A stretch of DNA of 63,321 nucleotides, counting the filler, from Klebsormidium nitens (taxonomy: Eukaryota; Plantae; Klebsormidiophyceae): the NCBI GenBank assembly GCA_000708835.1. It is 3 parts of 3 records of this genome, joined end to end, with 100 filler letters (N's around TTAATTAATTAA, not from the genome) between each part and the next. Parts side by side here need not be neighbours in the genome. Positions count along the whole stretch, not along the records: positions 43,381 to 63,321 come from DF237929.1; 2 more parts are not named here. One strand, given 5' to 3'. Each line of letters starts with the position of its first letter. Within the stretch, counting starts at the first letter, position 1. A program made the position numbers and the translations under genes. Below the pieces are notes generated by a model. The model did no database searches and was not told where the DNA came from. It worked only from the letters and a program-made list of their open reading frames with translations. Positions 49,198 through 60,128 of this stretch are shown here, in pieces.

Positions 49198-49560
49198 ATG
49201 AAGGAAGCGGTGGAAGCTTGCAGCTGATCAAAAGTGGCGCCCTTTAAGCGAAAGAGACCACGAAAAATAACATTTGACAGACTTTTGACGAAGTTGTAAT
49301 GGATTGTTCAATTTTAGGGTTTGTTTAGGGTTTCACACGCTCGGGAATGTCAAACTCCCGCTCTTTTACTTGAATTTGGACGATATAGCTCTGCAACTCA
49401 TGTTGGTCGACTCAAGGCTCCCAAAATCGAAACCGGACGAAAGTCGACGGATAGCGGGCCCCAATATTCGCTGCAATCTGTCAAGCTATCGAAATCGAAC
49501 GCAAATTACGAAATGTCTTGGATAGACTTTTAAAGTCGGCCCATGCACGGCCAAATCTCC

Positions 49561-49596
49561 GGTTGCTTGCATGGTTGCTTGCATGGTTGCTTGCAT
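49561..49596 (+). repeat. Tandem repeat (GGTTGCTTGCAT)x3
   Basis: Three perfect 12-bp units. Confidence 0.9.
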
Positions 49597-50853
49597 GGTA
49601 GGGGTCAAAGTTCGAAGGTGCTCAAAGCAGCTGCGAACATCCATTGGCGTTGCTTCCACTGTGCTTGATAATGAGAGCAGCTGTCCGGTCTTCTAGCGGC
49701 GATGACATTCCAGACGAAGAGCTCAATGGGCTAGAGGACCCAAACATTCTGTCGGAGCAAGCAAATCTGAATCAGCAAGAAGCAGAGGATTTGGAGGCGG
49801 CCGCATACACATGCCACGTACGCGGATTCGCCTGCTTCAAACTCCGCCGAGTCGGCGCATTGTCAGCGCGGTACCACCGCAGTACCAGTTCGACAATTAC
49901 CGTACGGTACTCTAAAATTTCAGGGTCGTATCACGATGACTCCGGGTTCGTACCAAGGTGCTAGTACACTCGCACTGCACTGGCACCGTACTGGCGGCGG
50001 GCAAGAAATTAGGGTTCCGAACAGTGAGCGTAGAGTTGGCAAGCAAACATGGTTTTCAAGCGGCGAAATCGTTCTGAAAGATCTAAACAATGGCTGCGGT
50101 ATGCGCAGCTTGCTCATTCATGCCGCTCTTCAGAAATTTGCAAGCAGCATTGGTTGACAATCTTGAATGCAAAGAAAGCCTTCATTGGGTTTGAGAAAAT
50201 CTTTTAAGGTGCATTTTCAGCTAGTCAACTTTGGATGCCCCTCAAGACGATTCTGAATGTCCCCCTTTTTCTGCTGAGAGCTGCGTGGAGCTGCTCTCTT
50301 AGCTCTTTCAGCTAGTACGGAGCGCACTGGAGACAATGACATACACTCACGTTCAGCCAGTCCAGCTTCCCAGCTTCCCAGCTGATAAGTACCATCCATG
50401 TACCACTTACTGTGCCAGAGTGTTGCAGGCCTTTCTTGCGCCCTAATCGAGCACTCACACGAGCCGTCGATGAGCAGACCGGTGGATGATCCGAAGGCTA
50501 CCAGGTTCCGGCAGGCCTCGACTGTTCGTTAAGGTGGAAGTATGGCAATCAACCGCCTGCAGAACCCTAGGTCACGTTTTGGGTCACGAAATGGTCAAAA
50601 CTCAACCAAAGTGAGTCGAGCTTTTTGCATTGGGTTCGAGAACCCAAGGGGATCCTCTAACCCCAATCTCGAAGTCTTCGGACCCCTCGAGCCATTGCCG
50701 CCATCCGGGATCCTACAACCCAAGAAAACCAGAGGGGGTTCCCTAAAATATTATTCTCCTGACCATATACGATGGGAGCGCATGGCGGAAAGGCGCTTCG
50801 TAGGCTTAGGCCCATGCAGGGATATCCCAAGAATTATGGGGGGGAGAAGCCCG

Positions 50854-51087
50854 NNNNNNNNNNNNNNNNNNNNNNNNNNNNNNNNNNNNNNNNNNNNNNN
50901 NNNNNNNNNNNNNNNNNNNNNNNNNNNNNNNNNNNNNNNNNNNNNNNNNNNNNNNNNNNNNNNNNNNNNNNNNNNNNNNNNNNNNNNNNNNNNNNNNNNN
51001 NNNNNNNNNNNNNNNNNNNNNNNNNNNNNNNNNNNNNNNNNNNNNNNNNNNNNNNNNNNNNNNNNNNNNNNNNNNNNNNNNNNNNNN
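50854..51087. other. Assembly gap
   Basis: N run. Confidence 0.98.
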
Positions 51088-51360
51088 CCACCTTAATACG
51101 GATTTTCAAACTTATACCTACCGTAGATTGTACGTTCGGTATTACGGTACCTAGGCAGGACTACAACCGGTACTTGTTAGGTACCTACTGTAACAGCCTT
51201 CATACCGTGACCGTAGAAATTTGTCCGACCGTACCTAGTACCGTAGGTACCTACCTACTACCTACCTACCTAGCAGCCCTAGCTATCGTACGGTACGGTA
51301 CCTGTCAAGTATACGGTACCTGGTAATTCGGCTACCTAGGTACCCTACTTTTGTACCGAC
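51088..51360. repeat. GTAC/CTAG-rich low-complexity tract
   Basis: Dense GGTACC, GTACCTA and CTAG words. The same vocabulary occurs at 54030-54520 inside the CAC element. Confidence 0.6.
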
Positions 51361-52112
51361 GGTGGGCAGGCTCGACCGGCCTACCGCTGCTGGTGGTTCT
51401 TTCGACCGGGCACCTCTATCTGCCAAGTGTGAAGGTAAAAGAAGGCCCGAGAAGTTAAAAGTTTCCAGGCCGGGAACACTTGTAGCTCTGCGGAGCCAGG
51501 ATTCTTCCAAGAAACCACCGCAAATCGCGGATCTGAACAGAGTTTCACGCAACTTCTGTGCGACCAACACGGTGCCTCTTGAAGATTCTGCACTGCTTTT
51601 GTCGAAAGGAGTGCGGTCCCGACGGGCGGAAATTTGTGCTTTGTGTACACGATACACGGCGGTACCATGCATGGACCGAGGTTGGAGTGTACTAACAGTG
51701 CAGTACCACCGCGCCGTACTCCGTGAAACTTCACGGTCTGAAACCCGCGTACGTGACATGTGTATAGCAAGAGATCGCTCTTGGAAAGGGGACCTCTTGT
51801 TATGTAATCCCCTTGCAGTTTGCAGCCTTTTGAAGACGTTACCGAAGTGACCAAAGAGGAGGAAGAAGACCCATTGCCTTTTGCGCAGATTGCACTCGTA
51901 GAGGACGTCACCAAAGAAGAACACGCAGCTTATGAAGCAGCGCATGTAACGGCACGACTGCGCACCGACTTCTGGCTGCGCGCCAAACTCGCGGCCGCGC
52001 ATCGTCCGTTATTATACGCTATCGACTTATTTGATATATCGAATCACTACACGACACGTGTCTGGGTTACTGCTTCACCGCGTGACCGTCCGATAAGACC
52101 CACGTGCACCGC

Positions 52113-52280
52113 NNNNNNNNNNNNNNNNNNNNNNNNNNNNNNNNNNNNNNNNNNNNNNNNNNNNNNNNNNNNNNNNNNNNNNNNNNNNNNNNNNNNNNNN
52201 NNNNNNNNNNNNNNNNNNNNNNNNNNNNNNNNNNNNNNNNNNNNNNNNNNNNNNNNNNNNNNNNNNNNNNNNNNNNNNNN
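52113..52280. other. Assembly gap
   Basis: N run. Confidence 0.98.
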
Positions 52281-52499
52281 CTTCACCTTGTATTCAACTC
52301 CTCGTATATCGTCTCTCCAGCCCGTATATCTCTCACCCCGAGTCGATTCTGTTCAGCGCCGCTTCAGCGCAGGCTAGAAAGGGTCACCAAAGAAGCACGC
52401 CAGGGGGCAGGCGGCCGCACTAGCGGCATTCCAGGCCGCGAGCAGAGCTCCTCCCCCTCAAATGAGAGAGGGCTAGATAACAGGAAGTCCTTTGCCAAG

Positions 52500-52667
52500 C
52501 TCGGGCCAATAGGAAGGCCGAGGCCTGGTGTCGCGGTGCTTCAAGGGTTCTTGGCAGTGGCATCAGGGGGAAGCAGCAAGGAGAAGGGGAAAGAGCAAGG
52601 TGGCACCAAGAAGGCACCAGCACGGGAGACACCCACCAAGAAGACTCCAGCAGGTTTGAAATCTTGA
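52500..52667 (+). pseudogene. Fragment related to the tail region of the H3-like genes
   Basis: GRPRPGVAVLQ...GGSSKEKGKEQGG resembles GRPVAGAAVLA...GGTGKEKAQGG (about 45205-45290) and KKPVAWAAVLAG (about 48345-48385). No histone fold is seen. Confidence 0.4.
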
Positions 52668-53393
52668 ACGCCTTGCAAATTGCCAGGTCTGCCTTTTTCA
52701 GCTCAATGCCTTTAATTACAGTATTCTAGCGAGCGGGTTGTATCCCAAACAAGTTGCATGAGTGGTTTATGGTAAATGGGCTGTAGAAGTTGAGCTCAAA
52801 TGTGAGCGTTCCATGAGCAATCTAGGCATAGGTGCGAGCGAGTTGTCCCTGAACATGATGCTTGGGCGCCTCCCTAGTACATCAACTGCCAAGTTGTGAT
52901 CAATGCTTTGATACATTCGCAATTTCAGCTAGGAGTTTGTTCACCACTAGATAATTGCTCTCGTTTTAGAGTGGTGGGCGCTCATGTTGATCGTAATGCA
53001 AATGGTTTATTGCAAAATACGAGCACCTCCTTGTTTGTTCTATGAAGAGTTTGTTCAAAAGCAGGTGCATGCTTGCTGAACTGCAAGATCGTGAGGCTCT
53101 TTTTGTCAGCTCAGTGCACTTGGTTTGAGCATTCTAAACAAGCTAGTGCAAAAAAACAGGGGGCAGAAGCAGTTTCTGGTATATGGGCTGTAAAGGTTAA
53201 GCTAATTTTAATGACTTCATGAGCGTCATGGGCATGGTTTGCAAGGGGAGGGTCTCTAAAACACGGTGCTTGCGGCGTCTCTTGGTACACCAACTGCCAA
53301 CTGGTGGTCAATCCTATGGTTTTAGAGCTGCTCCAGCTATTATTGGGAGTTTGACTTGTTGTGCCAACAAGTGTTGCTCGACCACCAAACGAC

Positions 53394-55088
53394 TGTTGAA
53401 AGCAAGCGCCTTTCAAGTGCACAACTACTAGGAATGAGTGTGGTTCTTTTGCTGCATGAGTCCAAGTGATATTGCCTAGCTCAAGTCTAGCAATTACCCC
53501 AGGTGTTTCAATCGATAAATCGACGGTCCCTATTCGATGTTATCTCACGGGATAGTTATGGTGCTTTTTAGCCCGGGGGAAAATTGCCAGAGACCAATTT
53601 AAGTCGGGCGCGCGCCGTAGCATATTCCCACAGTATCGCAAAATTCGGCCGGCGGAACTCCGGTGAGATGTAGGATCTCTGTGGGTACTTCGTGCGATAT
53701 AGCCCCCGTGAAAAGGTCATTTGCCCCCAAATATTGCTCTTCTATTGCATTTTAGCACTGAAAATGGCCTTGAAAGATAGCTACAAAAAGTGCATGTTTT
53801 AGAGACATGTCTGTGGGAAACTTCTACAGTACGTCCATGTTGATGTTGACAAGACATGCTGAAAGTTGAATAGCATTCTCCTAAGCTTTTGTCACAAAAC
53901 TAGAGCCATTCTTCTTCATAATAGCTTTGGTGGTGAACCACCATTCTTCTTGAATTTCGTAGGAAGATGGTCATTTGACACTTTGGTTCCGTCCGGTCAA
54001 AAACGCTCGTAGGTGGGGGCACTTTCCAGTAGGCCGGGATCGGGGTCCCAGGAAGTGAGGTAGGTACTTGAGAACAGAGCTTGTAGGTACGTACCCTGGT
54101 CCCTACCGGTAGGTGGAACCTGTCCCGGGGCCTTGCATACATTACTTACCTATACTGCCGGGCTGCCCGGTGATTCACAACGGTCACGCCAAATTTCAAA
54201 CTCAATTTAGGTAGTACCGTATTGACCGTAGTACCTAGACACGCTAGACACTGCCTAGGTACATTAGTACACCCGTATCTAGGTACCGTACGGTTCGTAC
54301 CTACCACCTTGGTAGCTTGAGGCAAGGCAACAATGTATATCTGAAGGTACCGTACAACCTACCGCAGTCATAAATCTGGCTACAGTACCTAGCAGCTACT
54401 AAATACGGTACCTACCTTAGCTAGTATCTAGCTAGCTAGGTACTAGTGTACCTAGCTACCATACTAGCCTCGGTACCTACCTTGTAGCCTTAGGTTCGTT
54501 GCCTACTGAGCAGTGTAATCTTGCTAATTTGGCCCGAACATGTGTCGAGACTTGCAGTGTTTGTCGCTCCTAAGTAACACTACGGGTACTTTTGCCTGCA
54601 TGCTACAAAGCTAAAAGCGGGTGATTTTCGATACGAACTAGTTTCCGGGGAAATTGCAATCGCAGGAACCGGAACGTCACCAGCCGAATATTGCCCCAAT
54701 TTTCCGGCGGTTCTGCGTGCCGCATGAAATGTTCGGGCGCAGTTCCGGCGAGAGCACGGCGCACGGACAAGTAATTATTCGTGCGAGATTTCCACGCTTA
54801 ACGCGCGAAACCTGCCGCAACTTTCCATTGGGCAGGAGAGCACCGTAATTGCCCGGCCCGTGCTACAAAAGAACCCATCGAACGGCTACACCGAAATACA
54901 TGCCACATAAGAACCCATGAACAATGGACTCAATCCTACGGCTTACGTTTCGCACACCCTACGGTGGATATTCAATCATGCGAGCTCACAATCGTACTGC
55001 CGACCTTATGCATCCAACCTACGATTCTATGGACGATATATCATAGGATATTAGGGCGTACTTAAGGCTAGTACCGCCCAAATCTAAC
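53394..55088 (-). repeat. Copia 3' LTR (about 390 bp, interrupted by a 1.3-kb insertion)
   Basis: On the minus strand it follows the pol stop and the purine tract GTGGGAAGAG, begins GTTAGATTTGGGCGGTAC and ends ...GAAAGGCGCTTGCTTTCAACA. Confidence 0.85.
53556..54862. mobile_element. Non-autonomous DNA transposon with CACGGG...CCCGTG ends inserted in the copia LTR (CMC/EnSpm-like)
   Basis: Absent from the sister LTR (CTATTCGACGATGCCTACAAAAG is contiguous there). Imperfect TIRs, apparent 2-bp TSD CT, no ORF. Confidence 0.6.
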
Positions 55089-55109
55089 TCTTCCCACGCA
55101 CAAAGTATC

Positions 55110-58100
55110 CTATGCAACTCCTATCTCCTTCTTGCAGTTCAGAAACTTTCCGGGTGCCAACGCCTTAGTCAAGATGTCCGCCTTCATGTCCTCCGTTTTG
55201 CAATACGCGAACTCGACTTCCTTCCGCGCCACCCGCTCCCGCGCAAAGTGATGAATCACGTCCATGTGCTTCGATTGCTGCGAAGCGATCGGATGCTTGA
55301 GGAGCCGTATTGCTCCTTGGTTGTTGCAATGAGTCAAGACCGTTCTGAGATCCAACCCCAAGCCTCCCCCGAGTTTCCGAACCACAACGCCTCCTTCACG
55401 GCGTTCCCTGCGCTCATATACTCTGCCTCTACCATCGAGGCCGCCACCGTCGGTTGAATACGGCTCGACCAACCCACCGCTCCCCCGTACATCAAGAAGA
55501 CGTACCCCGTTGAGCGCTTTGTGTCGACGTTCCCCGCATGATCGGCGTCGCAAAACGCCTCAAGGACCTCGCCGCTCCCCCCAAAGGTTATTCGGCTTCC
55601 GCCGTTCCCGCCAAGTAGCGCACCACCCTAAGCGCCGCCGCCCAATGCGCCTCCGTTGGCGCGCTCGTGCAGCGCGCCAAAGCACCCACTGCTTGAGCGA
55701 TGTCGGGCCGCGTGCACACGCTCAAGTACAACAAGCTTCCAATGAGCTCGCTATAGGGGAATCTCGCTGTGTCGAGCGGCTCACCCTCTCTCGTCAACTT
55801 CTCCCCTGCACCAAGGGGGACCGACCGCGCCCGTGCGCCCACCAATCCGTGCCGCCCAAGAAGCTTCCCCGTAAGCTTCTTTTGCGTGAGCTTCAAAGTG
55901 CGCGCCTTCCGGTCGCGCGCCAACTCCATCCCAAGGAAGTAGATCGCCTCCCCCAAGTCGTGCACGTCGAACTTCTCCGTCAAGTGCACCTTTACCTTTA
56001 AAATCCGCTCCGCCCCCCGGGCCGCGACGAGAATGTCGTCCACCCACACAATGAGGTAAACCCGCTCCCCGTCCACCACTCCCGAAAAGAGCGCCGCGTC
56101 CGCCCAAAACGCCACGAACTCAAAGTTCCCGAGCTCCTCCTTCAAGCGCGTGTGCCACGCACGCAGCGCTTGGCGCAACCCGTACAAGGTGCGCTTGAGG
56201 TGGCAAATCACGTTGGGCCCGCCTTGCTCGTACCCTTGCGGTTGTTGCATGTAGATCTTCTCCTCGAGCTCCCCGTTGAGAATCGCCGTCTTGACGTCCA
56301 ATTCATGAAGCTCCAAGTAGCGCTCCGCGACTACCGCTAGGAGCGCCCGCAACGTGGTGTGCTTGCTCACGGGGGAATAGACCTCCTCGAAGTCTATCCC
56401 TTGCTTTTGCAAGTACCCCTTCGCCACGAGTCGCGACTTGTACCGCTCACGTTCCCAAGCGCATCCCGCTTAATCTTGTAAAGGTGGGAACCGGCTTCAC
56501 CCCCTCCGTTTTTTCGACAAGCTCCCACGTCCCGTTCTCCAACAAGGACTGCATCTCCTCGTCCATGGACTTCCCCCAAAGCTCGCTCTTCTCCCCCTAC
56601 GGCTTCTTGATACGTTTGCGGCTCTGGATGCTCCCCCGACCTCTTGGGATGCTTCCCCGTTTCCGCTAGATTCGCTCGGTACCACTCCCCGAGCGCCTGC
56701 CTTTCGCGTGCGGGGTATCTTCTCGCCGTCTCCTCTTGAAGGCCGTCTTCCTCAACGGAATCCTCGCTCTCGGTGTCGGCCTTCCCCGTAGGAGTAGCCC
56801 CTACACCGGGCTAAGTGTCGGCCTCCCCCGAAGGGGTAGCCCCTACACCCATCCGAGTCGGGGATTCACACGACTAGGACCGCGAGCATCTCCCTTCTCC
56901 TTCCCCGGATCAAGCTCAACGATCACGGAGGGCCCGCGCTCATCCACGATGACATCGCGGGAAGTCAAAATCCTACCGGCCCGCTCTCGGAGAACCCGGT
57001 AGGACTTGAAGCTGGGCTCGTACCCCAACAACACCCCTCGCTCGCTCACCGGCCCCATCTTTTTCCGGTTGCCCTTGGGCACGTGGATGTAGGCACCCCC
57101 CCCAAACACCCGCAAATGGCCAAAATTTGGCTTCTTCCCGTAGAACTCTTCTCCCACGGCGTCTTGTCGTGCACGCTCGAAGGAACCCGGCTCCAGGTGT
57201 AGTTGGCCGTGACCATCGCTTCCGCCCACAACTCCGGCTCCAACCGGGCGTCCTCTAAGAAAGCCCGCGCTCTTTCCTCGAGCGTCCGGTTCAATCGCTC
57301 CGCCGAACCGTTTTGTTCGGGAGAGTGCCCCGCCGTGTTGCGGTGCACCGTCCCTCTCTTCCCGAGAAGGGCCGTCATTCCCCCGTTGACGTACTCCCCG
57401 CCCCGGTCCGTTTGCATCCCCTTAACCTTCATTCCGGATTGCAACTCCAAGCGGGCAAACGCGCTCTCCGTGACCGCCGTGGCGTCACTCTTCCGCTTCA
57501 TCGGTTGCACCACCAAAAGCTTGCAATAGTCGTCTAGGAAAGTGGCTAAGTACCTACTCCCCCCCTTTGACGTCACCCGCATGGGCTCGGACACGTCCAT
57601 GTGCATGACCTCGAGGGGTTCTTTGCGATAGCTTGGAGTCTAACTTCCTGGGGAAGGGCTCACGGGTTTGCTTTCCGATGATGCAAGGCTCACACACCGA
57701 GGTTCTTTTGCTCCGGAATGCCTCCGCTTTGACTCCCACACCCCGGACCGCGTCCCCCTCAACCATTTTGATTAGGCTTTCGTACCCGGCGTGCACCAAC
57801 CTCCGGTGCCACAACACCGGGCTCTCGGCGTCTTTCACGAGCAAGCAAGTATCTCCCCACGTTGTCTTCGGTTGACAAACAACGGGCATGCCGTCCGCAT
57901 TCTCTTCGCCCGAAGCACAACCTGTCCATCCATGGAAACCTCGCACACTTTCCCACGGAACACAACCTCGGCTCCTACCGCGGTGGCTTTCTTGACTGAA
58001 AAGAGGTTCTCCGCCACACCGGGAACATAGGCAACCTCACGGAGAAGGTTGACTTGCTCACCTTCCGGCGTCTCGCATTGCAACTCTACCGTGCCCACCC

Positions 58101-58611
58101 CGGCTACTTCAAGGAACCCCTTGTTCCCAAACTTGATTGCGCAAGTTCCCTGCTCAAGCATCTCCAACGTTGAGAGCGAGCTCTTGACCCCCGTCATGTG
58201 TTGGCTAGGCCCCGAGCCAACGATCCACCTTCCGGTCTCCGCACCTTCCCCGGCCACAAAGGCAACCCCTTGCCGGCCACCGGTTTCCCCTTCTTTGGAC
58301 ACCCCTCTTGAAGTGGTCCGGGCTACCGCATATGTAGCACTTCTTTCCCGACGTGGGCTTCTCTGTCTCACAAGATCCGGACCGGCACTCTCTCTCAAAG
58401 TGCCCCAACTTACCACACTTGTGGCAAGCCATGGAAGCCTTCCTTGGGCCACCCTTGCCCTTGCCGGCAAAGTTGCCACCCTTGGCCGCGTAGGCCACCG
58501 CCGAGCCCGAGGCCCCGCTATCTAGCTCCCCAAGAAGCCCATGCCTTTGTCAAACACTTGCAACGTGGAAAGAAGCTCTTCCACCTTGTGAACCTTGAGC
58601 CCTTCAGCCAT
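55110..58611 (-). pseudogene. Copia gag-pol with frameshifts and a gag deletion
   Basis: MAEGLKV start; CCHC knuckles CHKCGKLGHFERECR and CYICGSPDHF; protease WIVGSGPSQHMT; WHRRLVH...CEPCIIGK; integrase HMDVSEPM, TDRGGEY, NGSAERLNRTLEE; RT AKGYLQKQGIDFEEVYSP, LDVKTAILNG, VWVDDIL; RNase H SKHMDVIHHFARE...ADILTKAL. Confidence 0.93.
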
Positions 58612-58867
58612 GGTTATAGCTAGCAAAAAACAACGCTTCTCCGGCTGGGCACTCCTTTGTGCGTAGAGTGGTTTGTGGGTATTTTCACCGGCGTCGCGAG
58701 ATGGAGTGCTACTCCACTTCTTTAGCCCCCACTGGAATACCTCTCACCAACCTAGAATTGTTGTTGCTAGCAACGGCTTACTATTCTCCTCTCACTCCAC
58801 AGCATTTTGGGCCCAAAACTGTTGAAAGCAAGCGCCTTTCCCCCCCCCCCCCTTTTCCGGGGGTCAC

Positions 58868-59280
58868 CTTTTTGGGCGGTACTAGCGGTATTAGCGGTAC
58901 TAGCGATACTAGGCGGTACTATCTTAAGCACGCCTTAATATCCTATAACATATCGTCCATAGAATCGTAGGTTTGATGCATAAGGTAGGCCGTAAGATTG
59001 TGAGCTTGCATGATTGAATATCCACCGTAGGATGTGCGAAACGTAAGCCGTAGGATTGAGTCCATTGTTCATGGGTTCCAACTTTTGTGATGTGTATTTC
59101 GGTGTAGCCGTTCGATGGGTTCTTTTGTAGGCATCGTCGAATAGGGACCGTTGATTTATCGATTGAAACACTTAGGGTAATAGCTAGGCTTAAGCTAGGC
59201 TATAAGACTTGGACTCATGTAGCAAAAGAACCACACTCATTCCTAGTAGTTGTGCACTTGAAAGGCGCTTGCTGTCAACA
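58868..59280 (+). repeat. Second copia LTR, in opposite orientation, with a 9-bp (GCGGTACTA) microarray at its start
   Basis: Reverse complement of the 53394-55088 LTR, roughly 85-90% identical by eye. A 21-bp LTR end in the normal orientation lies at 58820-58840, followed by a C run. Confidence 0.85.
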
Positions 59281-60128
59281 ACGACGTCGCGCTACCATCC
59301 CAAGTCGAACGGGCTGACGGAGAGGCTGGTGCGGACGATCAAGGCGGGCATCACCAAGTTCGGGTCGGAAGCGGGCCGGCGGACGTGGGACGAGTGGCTG
59401 CCGTGGATGGTGATGGGCTATCGGATGAGCCGGCAGGCGGCGCTCGCGGGCTACTCACCGTACTTTCTGACCGGAAACCCATGCTGGCATGCGCGACGGA
59501 GCAGAAGTTACTCGGTGAGACGGTCGATTTCGATTCCTCGAATGTGTGGATGCAGCCGTGTGAGCAACGGGCGGCGGCACTGAACAAGGAGATGCCCTTG
59601 GCGCTGGGGTACCTGCTGTCGGCGCAACATCGGGATCGGCGACGATATGAGCACGTGCGGAACAGCGGATAACGGCCGCGGGAGCGGAAGTTTGAGACGT
59701 GGTGTTCCTGCCACGGCAGCCAGGGGACAATACAGATCTTGGTGACGAGGGGCGCATACAAGGTGCACCAGGTAGGGGCGAATGGACGACTTGTGTTGCT
59801 GGGCGCTGACGGCACGCTCTTCAAGGAGCACTCGGAGAACTGCGCCTCCTCCCATAACCCCAACATCGACCTCACCGTCGACTCGACGCTGACGGGCGTG
59901 CCGGCAAGCCACGCGTGCCAAGTCTGCAAGAGCGCCGGCAACCCCAGCATGATGCTGCTCTGCGACTACAGCCTGGAGGGGTACCACATGGGTTGCCTGG
60001 AGCCGGCGGTGAAGAAGGTCCCAGACGGCATGTGGATGTGCCCGAGGTGCCGAGAAGCGGAGGCGCAGCGTGTGTGGCTCGCTTTGGCCTCAGGGTCCGC
60101 AGCCGGCGAGTGGGGGAAACCTGGATAG
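59281..60128 (+). pseudogene. Ty3/Gypsy integrase C-terminal half with a terminal PHD finger (frameshifted), 5' remnant at 53347-53393
   Basis: TTSRYHPKSNGLTERLVRTIK...WDEWLPWMVMGYRMSRQAALAGYSPYFL, then CQVCKSAGNPSMMLLCDYSLEGYHMGCLEPAVKKVPDGMWMCPRC. It joins in frame to EFDLLCQQVLLDHQT across the copia insertion. Confidence 0.85.

Larger units (their letters stand above)
53394..59280 (-). mobile_element. Ty1/copia LTR retrotransposon, degenerate, bounded by inverted LTRs with a 5-bp TSD ACGAC
   Basis: Starts TGTTGAAAGC at 53394 and ends GCTGTCAACA at 59280, with ACGAC at 53389-53393 and 59281-59285. The internal order on the minus strand is gag-PR-IN-RT-RH. Confidence 0.9.
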
